DNA of 63,981 nt, counting the filler, from Octopus bimaculoides (taxonomy: Eukaryota), in NCBI RefSeq assembly GCF_001194135.2. It is 4 parts of 4 records of this genome, joined end to end, with 100 filler letters (N's around TTAATTAATTAA, not from the genome) between each part and the next. Parts side by side here need not be neighbours in the genome. Positions count along the whole stretch, not along the records: positions 1 to 29,613 come from NC_068985.1; 3 more parts are not named here. One strand, 5' to 3'. The position numbers and the translations under genes were made by a program. Below the pieces are notes generated by a model. The model was given only the letters and a program-made list of their open reading frames with translations, was not told the DNA's origin and did not search any database. This document shows positions 1 through 12,821 of the stretch, in pieces. Position 1 is the stretch's first letter, and every line of letters starts with the position of its first letter.

Positions 1-361
1 TGGGCTATGACCCTCTCTGTAACTTTCATAACCTGATCTAACAGCTTGATGCCTCTGTAATTATTTGTATCTAAAGCGTCCCCTTTACCTTTGTAGCAGT
101 TGACTATGATGCTGCTACACCAGTCATAGGGTATGACTCCTTCGTGTATCACCTGGTTCGTAATACGGGTGACTAGGCTATAGCCAACACTGCCAGATAT
201 TTTGAGCATCTCTGCAGTGATTCCTGATGGGCCGGGGGCTTTCCCGGTCTTCATACTCTTAATTGCTTTATCTACCCTGGTACTATCAACTCGGATAGCT
301 GGTCCCTCTATTGGGTCGACATAAGGCAGGCTCTCTTTCTCCCATTCATTCTCTTTATTAA
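1..361 (-). mobile_element. RTE-clade LINE, reverse transcriptase N-terminal fragment (runs off window start)
   Basis: Manual minus-strand translation is open: NKENEWEKESLPYVDPIEGPAIRVDSTRVDKAIKSMKTGKAPGPSGITAEMLKISGSVGYSLVTRITNQVIHEGVIPYDWCSSIIVNCYKGKGDALDTNNYRGIKLLDQVMKVTERVIA. It has the KAPGP..I.AE, IP.DW, YKGKGD and NYRGI motifs of RTE RT. Confidence 0.9.
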
Positions 362-1045
362 TAAAATTAATCTGAGATTAAAAAAAAATAACTGCTTAGT
401 AGTTTCTGTTCTACTTTTCAGAATATATATTTGAAAATGAGGAAGTTGTAGGCGTTTCATGATAAATCACCTGGGAACAAAGTACACACTACATTGATAT
501 AAGGATTCTGGTGTTACTTAGATCTTGATATCACAACGAATGGAGAATTAACAGGGATTAGAACGGGTTAAGTTTGTATGCTACTGAAGTTGACTAAATT
601 TTATATGTTGCAAGCTGAAATGTAAATCATGAAGCGGAATAGAAGCAACACTTCAACAGAATATTTAAAAAGAGGCTGTGAGAGATACTCTTGTCATAAA
701 AGACAGATAAATGTAATATTTAATCAGATATGACTAACTAGATATGTTGATAAAAAACTGAAGTGTCATCTCTGAAATAAACAGATATAGTGTTTGAAAT
801 ATAAATAATTTACTCCTTAGCTTACAATTTAGATACAAATGATCATCTGGCATACTTTATATTTTATCTTTAAAATAGTTTTCAAAAAGGAAAAACAAAA
901 AAAAGACAAATGGTAATAGTTGATATATGTTGTGACACTATCACAATCCTATAGCACAAACATCTTGTTCTTATTCTTTACATATTAAAATTATTAGAAA
1001 TATAAGTTTATTGACAAACTTTCAAAATGTGTGTGTGTATATATA

Positions 1046-1459
1046 TACTCTTTACTCTTTTACTCTTTTACTTGTTTCAGTCATTTGACTGCGGCCATGC
1101 TGGAGCACCGCCTTTAGTCAAGCAAATCGACTCCAGGACTTATTCTTTGTAAGCCTAGTACTTATTCTATCGGTCTCTTTTGCCGAACTGCTAAGTTACA
1201 GGGACGTAAACACACCAGCATCGGTTGTCAAGCGATGTTGAGGGGACAAACACAGACACACAAGCAAACACATATATATATGCAGATACATATATATACG
1301 ACAGGCTTCTTTCAGTTTCCCTCTACCAAATCTACTCACAAGGCTTTGGTCAGCCCGAGGCTATAGTAGAAGACACTTGCTCAAGGTGCCACACAGTAGG
1401 ACTGAACCCGGAACCATGTGGTTGGTAAGCAAGCTACTTACCACACAGCCACTCCTGCG

Positions 1460-1462
<3 letters not shown>
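1046..1462 (-). mobile_element. tRNA-derived SINE family A, full length
   Basis: Reverse complement begins AGGCGCAGGAGTGGCTGTGTGG (A-box-like) and GGTTCAGTCC (B-box-like), has an internal TA/TG microsatellite and a (GAGTAAAA)n tail. Near-identical to 41273-41655 and 47927-48338. Confidence 0.9.
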
Positions 1463-1498
<36 letters not shown>

Positions 1499-1749
1499 AT
1501 ATTCTTTGTAGAACAAAACATAAAATGCTTTTCCCCATCAAATTAAAGTACTTTATCATCTCAGAGAATGGGGTGTTATATGCTTGTCTAGACAATTAGT
1601 ATATTTCTTTACAGTTTATTTCAACTAAAAAGAAAGTAATAATAAAAAAAAAGAGTAAAAACAACTCTGTACAATTAATACCAGACAATATAACACATAG
1701 CAAAATTGTCATGACGTATACTTTGCACAACTCACGCAGTTGGCTTTTC

Positions 1750-2135
1750 TACACAATGGCTAAATGGTTAAGCTTGCTTTTCAAAAATATAGCTTTGGTT
1801 CAGTCCCACTAAGTGGTACCTTGAGCAAGTATCTTCTACAATAGCCCCAGGCTGACCAGTACTTATAAGTAAATTGGGTAAAAAAAACTGTGAGGAAGCC
1901 TATCATATTTATGTGTGTGTATGTATGTGTTTATCACACCCACCAGTCACCAATAGACAACCAGTGTTGGTTTGTTTACATCCCCTGAATTTAGCAGCTT
2001 GGCAAAAGAGACTGATTGAATAAGCAAGAGACTTCAGGAAAACATAAATATGGGGGTTAATTTGTTCAATTAGACCCATTCAAGATGGTGCTCCAGCATG
2101 GCCACAGTACAAGGACTGAAACAAGTAAAAGATAA
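1750..2135 (+). mobile_element. SINE family A, decayed
   Basis: Retains ccttgagcaagtatcttctacaatagcc, ggcaaaagagac and ctccagcatggccacagt...gactgaaacaagtaaaag. Confidence 0.8.
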
Positions 2136-2286
2136 TGAAAGATCTAGTATGACCCACACAGCACATAATCTACAAAGTCCCAGTCTGATATAAAATCACT
2201 TAACACACAGAAAACGCAATCACCAACCAAGTAAATAATACAACTCACATTGAACTCAGTCTGTGCAAGTGACGAAACACTGAAGT

Positions 2287-2565
2287 CAGTGGCAGACTAG
2301 GTCTAAAAATATTGGTTGCTAGGAGACTAAGGGGGCCCACCTGCAACTACAATTTTTTTTTTTTGTTAAAAGTATTCTTTTCAACTGTCTACAAACATAG
2401 TCACGCTGAAATAATTAATGCATTATTCCAGAAGTGAATAAAAAATTCTCAAACTTGAGGGGATGGGCCCCTTAGATACTAACATGGGCTCCCATATATG
2501 GATTCTAATGGCGTAGGGGCCCACTTGCCATCGGGCAAGCTGGCAACCTGGCCAGTTGGCCACTG
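2287..2565. mobile_element. hAT-type MITE with 8-bp TSD
   Basis: TIRs CAGTGGCAGACT / AGTTGGCCACTG. Perfect 8-bp direct repeat ACTGAAGT at 2279-2286 and 2566-2573. Confidence 0.85.
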
Positions 2566-2820
2566 ACTGAAGTAATACCAGAAATGACAAAGGAAAGCCT
2601 TCAACAGAGCAAAAAACAGAATACAACCCCAGTTTTACATTTTAAAAGGACAATGCTGCACACACCTCAGGAACTCAGATGCATCTGGTGGTGCAGTAGA
2701 CGCACATATAAAATTACTGAAAGCAAGATAATGGTTTTCAACTAAGGGATAAGATAACAGATTTGGAGAGAAAGGTACTGTGGATCAACTGACCTAAGTA
2801 CTTTATCCATGTATCCATGT

Positions 2821-3140
2821 GAAGGCATGTGACTAAGTGGTTAGACTACTTGGCTCATGAACATAAGGTTGTGAGTTCAATATTCAGTAGGGTGTTGTAT
2901 CCTCAGGCAAGACACTTTATTTCGTGTTGCTCCAGTTCACTCAGTTGGCAAAAATGAGTTGTACCTGTAGTATTTCAAAGGTCCTTGTCACATTCTGTGT
3001 CACGCTGAATATCCCTGACAATTACATTAAGGGCACACATGTCTGTGGAGTACTCGTTAATTATATGTTAATTTCACGAGCAAACTGTTCTGTTGATTGG
3101 ATCAACTGGAACCCTCATCATTGTAACTGACGGGGTGCCA
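2821..3140 (+). mobile_element. tRNA-derived SINE family C
   Basis: Head gaaggcatgtgactaagtggttag...gagttcaat, then ggcaagacactttatttc.tgttgctccagttcactcag.tggcaaaaatgag. The same core recurs at 4853, 10130, 25340, 37408 and 42987. Confidence 0.8.
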
Positions 3141-3284
3141 GTTTAGCCAGTTGTCTATTTTATCAATTCTCAATGATTAAAATAAAAGGACAATTCCAAT
3201 GCGATCTGAACTTGCAATGTAAGGAATTGCAACTCAATAATACAAAGAGTCCATCAAGCATTCTACCTTTTATAATCAATAATA

Positions 3285-3510
3285 ATTATTATTTCTACTC
3301 TTGGCACAAGGCCTTGAAAAGTTTGGGGGAAGGGGGCTAGTTGATTATATCGAACCCAGTGCATAACTGGTACTTATCTCATTGACCCTGAAAGGATGAA
3401 AGGCAAAGTCGACCTTGGCAGAATTTGATCTCAGAACAGAGCGGCATATGAAATACTGCTAAGCGTTTTTCCTGGCGTGCTAACGATTCTGCCAGCTCAC
3501 CACCTTCAAT
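3285..3510 (-). mobile_element. SINE family B, flanked by (TAA/ATT)n
   Basis: Shared block gaaaggatgaaaggcaaagtcgacc.tggc.gaatttga.ctcagaac...gattctgccagctcaccacc recurs many times in the window. Confidence 0.85.
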
Positions 3511-3744
3511 TATCAATAATAATAATAATAATAATGAAATAATGAAAAAAAAAGGAGAAGCAAGAAACAAACTAACTAAACAAATAGAACAGAATGCAAT
3601 AAATAAAGTTACTACTGGACAGCAAACTAAAGTTTCTTTCCTTCTTTCTCTCTCTCTCTCGAAGCTTGTCTTATTCTTTCTTTCTCTAGTTACTATGAAA
3701 AAGTGAGAGAGGTAAGAAATTACGGAGAAACCAGGTTAATCAAT

Positions 3745-3930
3745 TAAATTGCCTCTAGTTCTGGGGCGGGATTAATTTAATGGGACTTTATTTTATCAGC
3801 CTCGAAAGGATGAAAGACAAAGTTATCCTCAGCAGGATTAGAACTCATATAAATATTAAAAAAAAAACCGGAAAAAAAGACAAAACCAAAAGGTATTTTG
3901 CCTGACGTGCTAATGATTCTACCATCCTTT
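3745..3930 (-). mobile_element. SINE family B, decayed
   Basis: cgaaaggatgaaagacaaagttatcctcagcaggattagaactc...gtgctaatgattct. Confidence 0.7.
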
Positions 3931-4621
3931 CTACATTCTTTTGTTTATTTATACATATACCATTTCATTCAAAGCATTGAATAAATCCGAGTTATCACTC
4001 TCCTCCTCCCCTCTTAAAGGCAACATCTCTTTCTGTTGCCTTCTTTCTCTCATTTGCTAATTCTCCCCCCCCCCCCCNNNNNNNNNNCCCGCTCTCTCTC
4101 TCTCTCATTGCTGGCCATTTTCTGTTGTCTAGGATTCTCTTTGTAACGTTCACTTCATGTCCAGCTAAATTATGCTCAGCCAAAACCAAACATATTTCTC
4201 TGTATTTTCCCCGTACATTGCAAAGTCGGCAAATGTGCTTGGTCCTTGAGAGTAGAGGACATCTTAACAGACGTTCTATAAACTTTGATTCTGTGTTACA
4301 GTGATAATATCACTGAAAGAGCTACATCCGCATTTATTGGGTGTCGCTTTGGGATCTGCGACTCTGATTCTCAATCAATCAAGGCATTTCTACTTTGCGC
4401 CCAGCTTCCATTCCCACCAAGCGGTAGCTGTTCACTTGCCAGCATTTCCACCAGTTGGCTGTAGTTTGCTTTCTCTCACAAAGTCATTCTTCCTTCACTT
4501 ATCATGTCAAACTGCCTCCTGAGACAATCAGTTTTACATTGCATCTAATTCCTCTTATACCCAGCTTTCAATTTCAATTCAACTAGCAGACTATGCTCAC
4601 CTTATTTCTATCCATTTTGTA

Positions 4622-4654
<33 letters not shown>

Positions 4655-4655
<1 letters not shown>

Positions 4656-5225
4656 ATTATAAATGTAGGTGTGACCAAATCATTAAGATGAGAAGTCCTA
4701 GGTTCAATCTCACTGCACATGGCATCTTGGACAAGTGCCTTCTGTTCAAGCCTCAGGTCGACCAAAAACCTTCTGCATGGAATTTGGGGTACTGATTTGG
4801 AGAGAAAGGCACTATGAATCAACTGACCTAAGTACTTTATCCAGGTGTCCATGTGAAGGCATGTGACTAAGTGGTTAGAGTATTTGGCTCATGAACATAA
4901 GGTCGTGAGTTCAATATCCAGTAGGGTGTTGTATCCTCAGGCAAGACACTTTATTTCACGTTGCTCCAGTCCACTCAGCTGGCAAAAATGAGTAGTACCT
5001 GTATTTCAAAGGGCCTTGTCACATATTGACCTCAGTACTTATTTTAGTAGTTTTGTATCTGTTTTAATGTTTCCTATTCATCACTGTAGCATGACTAAAT
5101 GGTTAAAAAGTTGGCTTTGCAATCAAAGGGTCTTGAGTTCAATCCTGCTGAGCGGCAGCTTCTACCATAGCCTAGCTCAAGCATTGCGAGTGAAATTTGG
5201 GTGATGGCAATTGTGTGGGAATGTA
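4655..5225 (+). mobile_element. Cluster: SINE A head, SINE C (4853-5025), SINE A head
   Basis: ggttcaatctcactgcacatggcatcttggacaagtgcc; the C core; tgactaaatggttaaaaagttggctttgcaatc...gagttcaatcc. Confidence 0.7.
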
Positions 5226-7944
5226 TCATATGAACTATAGCTGTAATTCAAAGGGCAACTTTGTATCTTAATGATTAAGCCTGAGAATTGCTTTTAGAAG
5301 TATATATGGAATACTCAGGCACCTACCCATGTTAATTTAGTAAATAGATGATAGTTCAGTAGATTAAACAGCTAAAAGTTCATTTCTGAAACAAGCAAAT
5401 GATCCATCATCATCATCATCATTAGCAAGGGGGAGAACAAAACACTTTGTGGTATTTAGTTCCAACCAAGTTACCATCCTTTATGTTTGCCTTTCATTTC
5501 TTATAACACCAGTAAAATAAATATCAGGCAAAATATAATCGACTAGAACCCCTAAAGGTGGCATCAGCATGGCTGTAGGTAAATAACTGAGAGCAGTAAA
5601 AATGATATAAATGTCATTGGAAAATATGTTATCAAAAATGTCTTTTTTTAAATATACAAATTATACAAAGTTTTCCTTTACTAAATGAAGCAATGTTATA
5701 TTTTAATTGCATCAGAATAAAAAAATTTCTTTTCTAAGAACACAATTGTTATATAATATACATGATGTGTTTTGGGGATTTTTTTTTTGTTTTGTTTTAC
5801 AACAGTAATGATAAATTTTGGGTGTAGAAAGTATCATGTTAAACAAAAAAAGAAAGGAAAAGCAACTGAGAATTTGAAGACAAATATGTTTCATAAAGAA
5901 TCTATATAATTTTGCTGATAGTGTGGCTCATCTGTTATACAGATGGAGCAATTATGGACAAAATGTTGTTTTTATAATGCACAAATGTCAAGGAAGTAAG
6001 ATTTACAGATAAAGAGATTAACCATCATTAGCTGAGAAATATGTCTTTCTTTTAAGCTGGATATGATGCAGCTGAATTTACTCAAATCACACAGAAATCT
6101 TATGTCAGCCATCAAAATGACAGAATCTCACAAAGAAAATTACAGTTACATCTACGATAAACATACCAAAACCATTTTCTGTAGAGTCAGGGATTAAATT
6201 TCCTACAATTCAAACATCTAAATAACAAATAGAACATAGTATTCAATTCAATCTGTATAAAAAGAAACAACTTCCTCCCCAAGAAAAGCAAAAAAAAAAA
6301 AAAAACAATTGAGGACTTAATTACGCCAATTCTTTCTGCCAATGGTTAACTAAATCTTGGCCAAAGACAATATAACCAGATTGATATCCAACTTAAGAGT
6401 AAACATGGAACTATGATTTTTTAAAATTATATTCTTTTTATTAAATCTGTAATTCAGACAAAACTATGTCTATCAGTCCTACACTGTCCAGTTTGTTTAT
6501 ATTTATTACTAGTTTATCAGTTTCAAAATGCGTGACATTCTAGCTTTTATACTTTTATAAAACAGTACAGATGAACATACGTGTGCGTGTGTGTGTGCAT
6601 GCATGTGTGTTTGTGTGTCTGAATTTGTATATATTCTCAATTTTCTTATCCTGAACATGAAGATAAAAACTCTTTTAGCCAGGATATCTGTTAAGATGCT
6701 AGAATAACCAAGATCTATTTTCAGCTCTAAGATAGTTCATATAAATTAGAGCTGACAATAAAAAGTCATAGTAATTTATCCTTAATACACTACTGTTTTA
6801 TATATATGCAAAACAGTACACACACACATACAAAATATTAAAACAGTACACACACACACAAACATGTACATATATATATATATATATATATATTAACTAA
6901 AGACTTGTTTTGTTTACGCTTTTCCCTCCGGTTTTTTGTTCTATGTGTGCCATAAATATTGCCATCCGTTTAGAGAAAAATTTGTAGTTTAGAATCAGTA
7001 GTTCTTTGACTGCTATTTCTAAATTTTCAGTATGTTGGAGAAGCAACTCAATGCTAATCCCTGTATATTTATGATGATAAATGGTTTTACCGATAAAGGT
7101 TTTTTTCATACTGAACTACTTGGCAAAATTGTTAATTATTAATTCTATTATTAATTGACGATTCCCTGCCCTTATTCTTGTATATATATATATATATATA
7201 TATANNNNNNNNNNNNNNNNNNNNNNNNNNNNNNNNNNNNNNNNNNNNNNNNNNNNNNNNNNNNNNNNNNNNNNNNNNNNNNNNNNNNNNNNNNNNNNNN
7301 NNNNNNNNNNNNNNNNNNNNNNNNNNNNNNNNNNNNNNNNNNNNNNNNNNNNNNNNNNNNNNNNNNNNNNNNNNNNNNNNNNNNNNNNNNNNNNNNNNNN
7401 NNNNNNNNNNNNNNNNNNNNNNNNNNNNNNNNNNNNNNNNNNNNNNNNNNNNNNNNNNNNNNNNNNNNNNNNNNNNNNNNNNNNNNNNNNNNNNNNNNNN
7501 NNNNNNNNNNNNNNNNNNNNNNNNNNNNNNNNNNNNNNNNNNNNNNNNNNNNNNNNNNNNNNNNNNNNNNNNNNNNNNNNNNNNNNNNNNNNNNNNNNNN
7601 NNNNNNNNNNNNNNNNNNNNNNNNNNNNNNNNNNNNNNNNNNNNNNNNNNNNNNNNNNNNNNNNNNNNNNNNNNNNNNNNNNNNNNNNNNNNNNNNNNNN
7701 NNNNNNNNNNNNNNNNNNNNNNNNNNNNNNNNNNNNNNNNNNNNNNNNNNNNNNNNNNNNNNNNNNNNNNNNNNNNNNNNNNNNNNNNNNNNNNNNNNNN
7801 NNNNNNNNNNNNNNNNNNNNNNNNNNNNNNNNNNNNNNNNNNNNNNNNNNNNNNNNNNNNNNNNNNNNNNNNNNNNNNNNNNNNNNNNNNNNNNNNNNNN
7901 NNNNNNNNNNNNNNNNNNNNNNNNNNNNNNNNNNNNNNNNNNNN

Positions 7945-7984
<40 letters not shown>

Positions 7985-8924
7985 GATATTAAAATAATTC
8001 AGCGCCTTTAACAATACACAATGAATAAAAAAAATATAAATTATTAACCTATTTGAAATGTTAAAACAAAGCAAAACAAATGTATAACACACACAAACAA
8101 GTAAATTGAACTTTACATGTTAAAACTGCCACTTGGTGTCAAGATAGAAAAGGCTGTTCTATCAGTCAATGACATTATCAAGGGAAAGGCCTACCACAGC
8201 CACTCTGATGGCAGCCATCACAAAACTGATTATCCCATAAAACAAGGGAACAAGCCAAAAGAGAAAGAAAAACAAGAAAAAGAAATACAAAAATAAAAGT
8301 GTGTCAAACAGCAAAAGAATGAAATGAAATGAAATTCAAGTAGGTGAGTGATAAGGGAATCTAGTCTTGTGGGGGAGTGAGTGATAACAGTCTTGTGCTG
8401 GGGAATGAGTGATAACAAATAAAGGGGACAATGAGTTGGTAAGAAGACTGCAATATAACAAGAGATATCAGAATGGAAATGAACTAAAACCCTTAATTAA
8501 TGATACTGTCCAAGAGATATGGAATAATAGAGCTGCAAGCACATAACTACATCATCATATAGAACATTTTTTTTTTCATTTTTTTTATTTTTCTAATTTT
8601 GAATATCTAATCAGCAATTTAAATATATTACAGTCCAAAGGATATTATATCCTTGGCACTGTCAATTACCATTCCATTTTCAAAGAATAAGCATTCCATT
8701 CCTGAAGTTATGAACGCACTTTACCCCTATCTCTTTCATGTTCAAAAACCAATGCCTGCATCATTCAAAGCACACACAAACAAGTCTGAGATTATATTTT
8801 TCTGGTGTAGCTTCCATATTTGTAGTTTTCAACATTCAGCGAAAACATTTTCGTAATCTCTCTGCTCTCTACTAATTCCATGTCTCTTTATTTTGGTGAT
8901 TCTTTTGCATATTTAGAAATATTC

Positions 8925-9125
8925 TTTCTCATTTTTGCCACAAAGTCAGCAATTTTGAAGAGAGAAAGAAATCAATTACATCGATCACAGTGCTCAACGG
9001 TAACTTATTTTATTGACTCCCAAAAGGATGAAAAACAAAGCTGACCATGGCAAAATTTGAACTCAGAAACTAAGCCCAGAAGAAATGGCAGTAAGTATTT
9101 TGCCCAGCATGCTAATGAGTCTGCC
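8925..9125 (-). mobile_element. SINE family B
   Basis: ttgccacaaagtcagcaattttgaagagag...aaaggatgaaaaacaaagctgacc...gagtctgccag. Confidence 0.8.
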
Positions 9126-9138
9126 AGAAATATATAAT

Positions 9139-9374
9139 ATCAAGGCGGCGAGCTGGCAGAAACGTTAGTATGCCGGACGAAATGCTTAGCGGTATTTTGT
9201 CTGTCTTTACATTCTCAGTTCAAATTCCACCAAGGTCGACTTTGCCTTTCATCCTTTCGGGGTCAATAAATTAAGTACCAGTTATGCACTGGGGTCAATG
9301 TTATCGACTTAATCCCTTTGTCTGTCCTTGTATGTCCCCTCTATGTTTAGCCCCTTGTGGGCAATAAAGAAATA
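9139..9374 (+). mobile_element. SINE family B variant with alternative 3' tail and 13-bp TSD
   Basis: Head aaggcggcgagctggcagaaacgttag and B-box cagttcaaattcc. Direct repeat AGAAATATATAAT at 9126-9138 and 9375-9387. Confidence 0.9.
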
Positions 9375-10129
9375 AGAAATATATAATTTATTTATTCTTG
9401 TTTATTGAGTAACCTTTTGATCAAAAGCATTCTACCCATAATCTTCCCGTCTTTTTCTCAGATGTAATGTATCTAAAACTTATCAATTTTTTTTTTTTTT
9501 TTTGGAAGATGATAAAGTGTGATTTATGCAAGATTTGCCTGCTGTTTCTAGCAAGCTCAGTGATCACAACGACACTTTTTGATTGACCTAAATACAAACA
9601 TTTGTACCAAGTAAACTAAATATCGTGCAATATGTGATGCAGACCAATTAATAAGATTTTATAGAAGTATTGTAATTGAGCTGATAAAATGAAGTTCTCA
9701 GATCCCACCACTGGAATTAACTTATCACAGTTATAATACTTCATTTCTGGAGTCAATGACTATTGAAAAGGTTGCAAGATGCAATGAAAATTTTAGGGAA
9801 AATAAATAAGTAAATGGGTGGAAACTTTACCAGTGAGTGTGTTAAATAATAAGGCACTAAAAGCACGACATAATGCCAAAGGTCTCGGTTATTGCCTGCA
9901 TGAGTCCCAATCAATGTAACACAATAAGTAACAAGACTGGACATTTGGATCTGAGCTACAATGCAGCCAATGAACTTCTACAGATTCCATCCACCCAATT
10001 TAACTCACATCTCAAGTCAGCCCAAAACTACAATAAAAGACACTTGCCAAAGATGCCCCACAAACTTTAACCACTTTGCCATGCTACATTAATAAACCAT
10101 ATGATGATGTCATTGACCAGACTATCAGC

Positions 10130-10385
10130 TGTTGTTATACATCACTAATTACAATGTGCTTTGTATGATTCTAGCCTCTGAATGATGCCACCCAGCTGGC
10201 CAGGCAAGCAGGTCAACATTCCCTCTGATCAGAAGAGTAACCCGTTTACAGCTGAGTGGACTGCAGCAATGTGAAATGAAGTGTTTTGCTTAAGAACACA
10301 AAATGCAGCTGGTCTGGGAATTGAAACCACAATCTCAGGATCATGAGTGCAACACACCTAACTACTAGGCCATGCACCTTCACAT
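10130..10385 (-). mobile_element. SINE family C
   Basis: cagctgagtggactgcagcaatgtgaaatgaagtgttttgcttaagaacac...ctaactactaggccatgcaccttc is the reverse complement of the C core and head. Confidence 0.8.
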
Positions 10386-11869
10386 TAATAAATAGGGAAC
10401 AATAAAACAAATACAAAACTAAAATAAGTACTGGGTTTAATACAATACACGAAGACCCTCGACATCAGTACCTGAGCATGACTACTATCCAAAGACCAAA
10501 ATTAATAAAAGTATTTTAATTACTCTTTTGATGATGTGGTAGCATAAATGAAGTAAGATTGACTCTGGTTTCAGATTTAAAAAGCTTCTCATAAATAAAT
10601 GTTTCATAGCAATTTCACAATATGTATTAATGTCTGGATGATTATAAAACATAAATTTACATTGTTGCTTAAGTTGTATGATAATCTGTATTGAAAATGA
10701 TATCTTTGAGGAAATAAGTATAAAGACTGTGTGACATGCCACAAAAGCAGGTCACATTTGAAAACTAATCTAAATTCAAAATTTATTATGAAAAGACGAA
10801 ATACAACTGGCAATAGAGACAGAGGAAGAGAGAGATGTTTGAAATTTTAATGTAACAAGGAAGAACTTTAGCTGATAAATAAATTATTTATCAGAAGAAT
10901 CACCAAAAAAGCAAAAGAAAGAGGAATAAAGAAACAGCATGATATATGCAAAATCCAGCTTGGTAAGGGAAGATATAAAGAAAGTAATTTCTGATGAGAA
11001 ACAAGAGCAATAGAAAATAGGGAAATATATAGCTATTACAGAAAGACAACATAAATGCAAGTCTGCATATTTTCATAGAGAGGAACCTACGTCTCATACT
11101 GTCAAAAATGGACAGTTGAAACAGAATACAGCAATGTAAACACTCCCACGTATTTTGTTTTATATACATATATATATGTATATATATATACTTGTAGAAG
11201 TAATTATAATACTGGTTTCTTTGTATATAACTAATATGATTAGTTTGTATTGAGTTTTAACATTCATAAAATGAATACGGGAAAATATTTAAAGCCATTT
11301 TGTGAAAGCTATTTTTTTAAAAAAAATTCCCTAGTGCAGAAAAGAAGCAAAAAAACAGTGAATAAAGTGAAATAAAGATGAGTTTAGAAATCAAGTGCAA
11401 AGTTTGATATGTCTGTAAAACACTGCATTTCTCTCCCGACTAAAAACACTATAGACATTATTTAGGTCAGTTAATTTTTAATACACACAGCTGCAAACAG
11501 ACATACACTAGCAGTAACAGAATACTTAGTTGGTAGAAAGTTGGACACTGGATGTAGTAAAAAAGGAGCTGATGTCGACAGATCCAGACACTGCTAAACT
11601 GTGAGAATGAAAACAGTTTAAATTCATTTTTAGATTAATTAGATGATGATCTGCAAGATAATTGATATCACTATTAGCTCCTGTTGGATATTAATTTTTC
11701 TCAGATTACTTATCTTTGTAAATGTAGACGTTTATTAGTCTAAGAGGTTCTCAGCATCTTTCACTTTCCAAAGGTTAATAGAATAGGTATTCAGATCAAT
11801 TAATCAACTATACTCTATATTGTAATGTTCCAGCATGGCCTTAGATCAATAAAAATAAAAGAATATCTA

Positions 11870-12610
11870 TTTATAGTGGTTAGTGTAGGGGAGAGAATAG
11901 ATACAACAAGGGTGAAGAAAGATATGTGGAGTATCTGAGCACCTGAGTGGTGGATATATAAGACCAGCTAGCTCTGAGGAGTAAAAACCATTATAGTAGC
12001 AATAGAAAGATAAAGAAGACTTGTGGATCAGAGGCTGAAGATGTCCAGTAAAGATGGGATGCAAAGCAGCTGAGTGGCTCTTCTCTGGACGCAGTCCAGG
12101 ATGTCAGTATGCATCGTAACAGAATTCCATTATTTAAGCCTTGTAGGAGTGTCAGCAGCTGTTGGGGACTGAAATATCTTCAAGTCCCAAAGGGCTATTC
12201 TTTGGTTGTGGTCCTAGCTATGCTAAGAATTTGTTTTTACCAGGAAAAGATCCTTGGTGATAATGAGGCCCAGCATTGAGAGTGACTGTGAGGGCTCTGT
12301 CTGAGAGTTGCTCATTGTTAGAGGGGGTGCGATGCAGGGGTGGTTTTCTTTTATATGAATAATGCTCAAATTTTTTGGCTGTTAAAGAGACAAGATTGGC
12401 ATGACCTCACTGGAGGATGCTCTCAAAGCTTCCATTTATAGAGTCAATGCCGGTTTTGGATGTGGTAACTGAGTTGTGCATGGACGATGCAATGAGTAAG
12501 GAAGATTAGGGTCACTTATCTGCATAAAATATGCAATGCTGGGTGTGGCAGCAGTTAGATAATTGATGCTTAGAAGGAAAAAGCGGTGCAAAACCAAGCC
12601 CTGAGAAACA
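11870..12610 (-). mobile_element. CR1/Jockey-like LINE RT C-terminal fossil
   Basis: Minus-strand peptide remnants FYAD(K), DILDCVQRRATQ and LQPLIHK..SLSFYCYYNGFYSSELAGL, with frameshifts and stops. Confidence 0.75.
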
Positions 12611-12821
12611 AATTAGCTGACCTTCATAACAGTTCTGAGATTCTAGAACATTTAACAATAAAAACCTGAAAATTAAACCCTTGTATTCACTGAGCTTAAT
12701 ATATGAGAATATTTTATTAACATTTCTTTTATTTCTGTAGGTATTTTATAACAAGCAGAATACAGAGTAACTTAATGGAGCAAATTTTTCCATTTTCTTT
12801 TTTCATTGTTCTTTAACGCAG

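Noticed and set aside
1380-1462. tRNA-like A/B boxes in SINE heads
   Set aside because: No complete cloverleaf is evident and they are fused to SINE bodies, so they are not tRNA genes.
6897-7109. 70-aa minus-strand ORF (..ISIELLLQHTENLEIAVKELL..)
   Set aside because: Splice sites are mediocre, no motif is recognisable, and it is not phase-linked to other candidates. It cannot be excluded.
7116-8092. Long ORFs spanning N gaps (also ~24.6, 33, 36.8, 38, 40, 41.6-42.9, 44.5 and 62.6 kb)
   Set aside because: They are open only because of Ns and (TA)n/(CA)n repeats.
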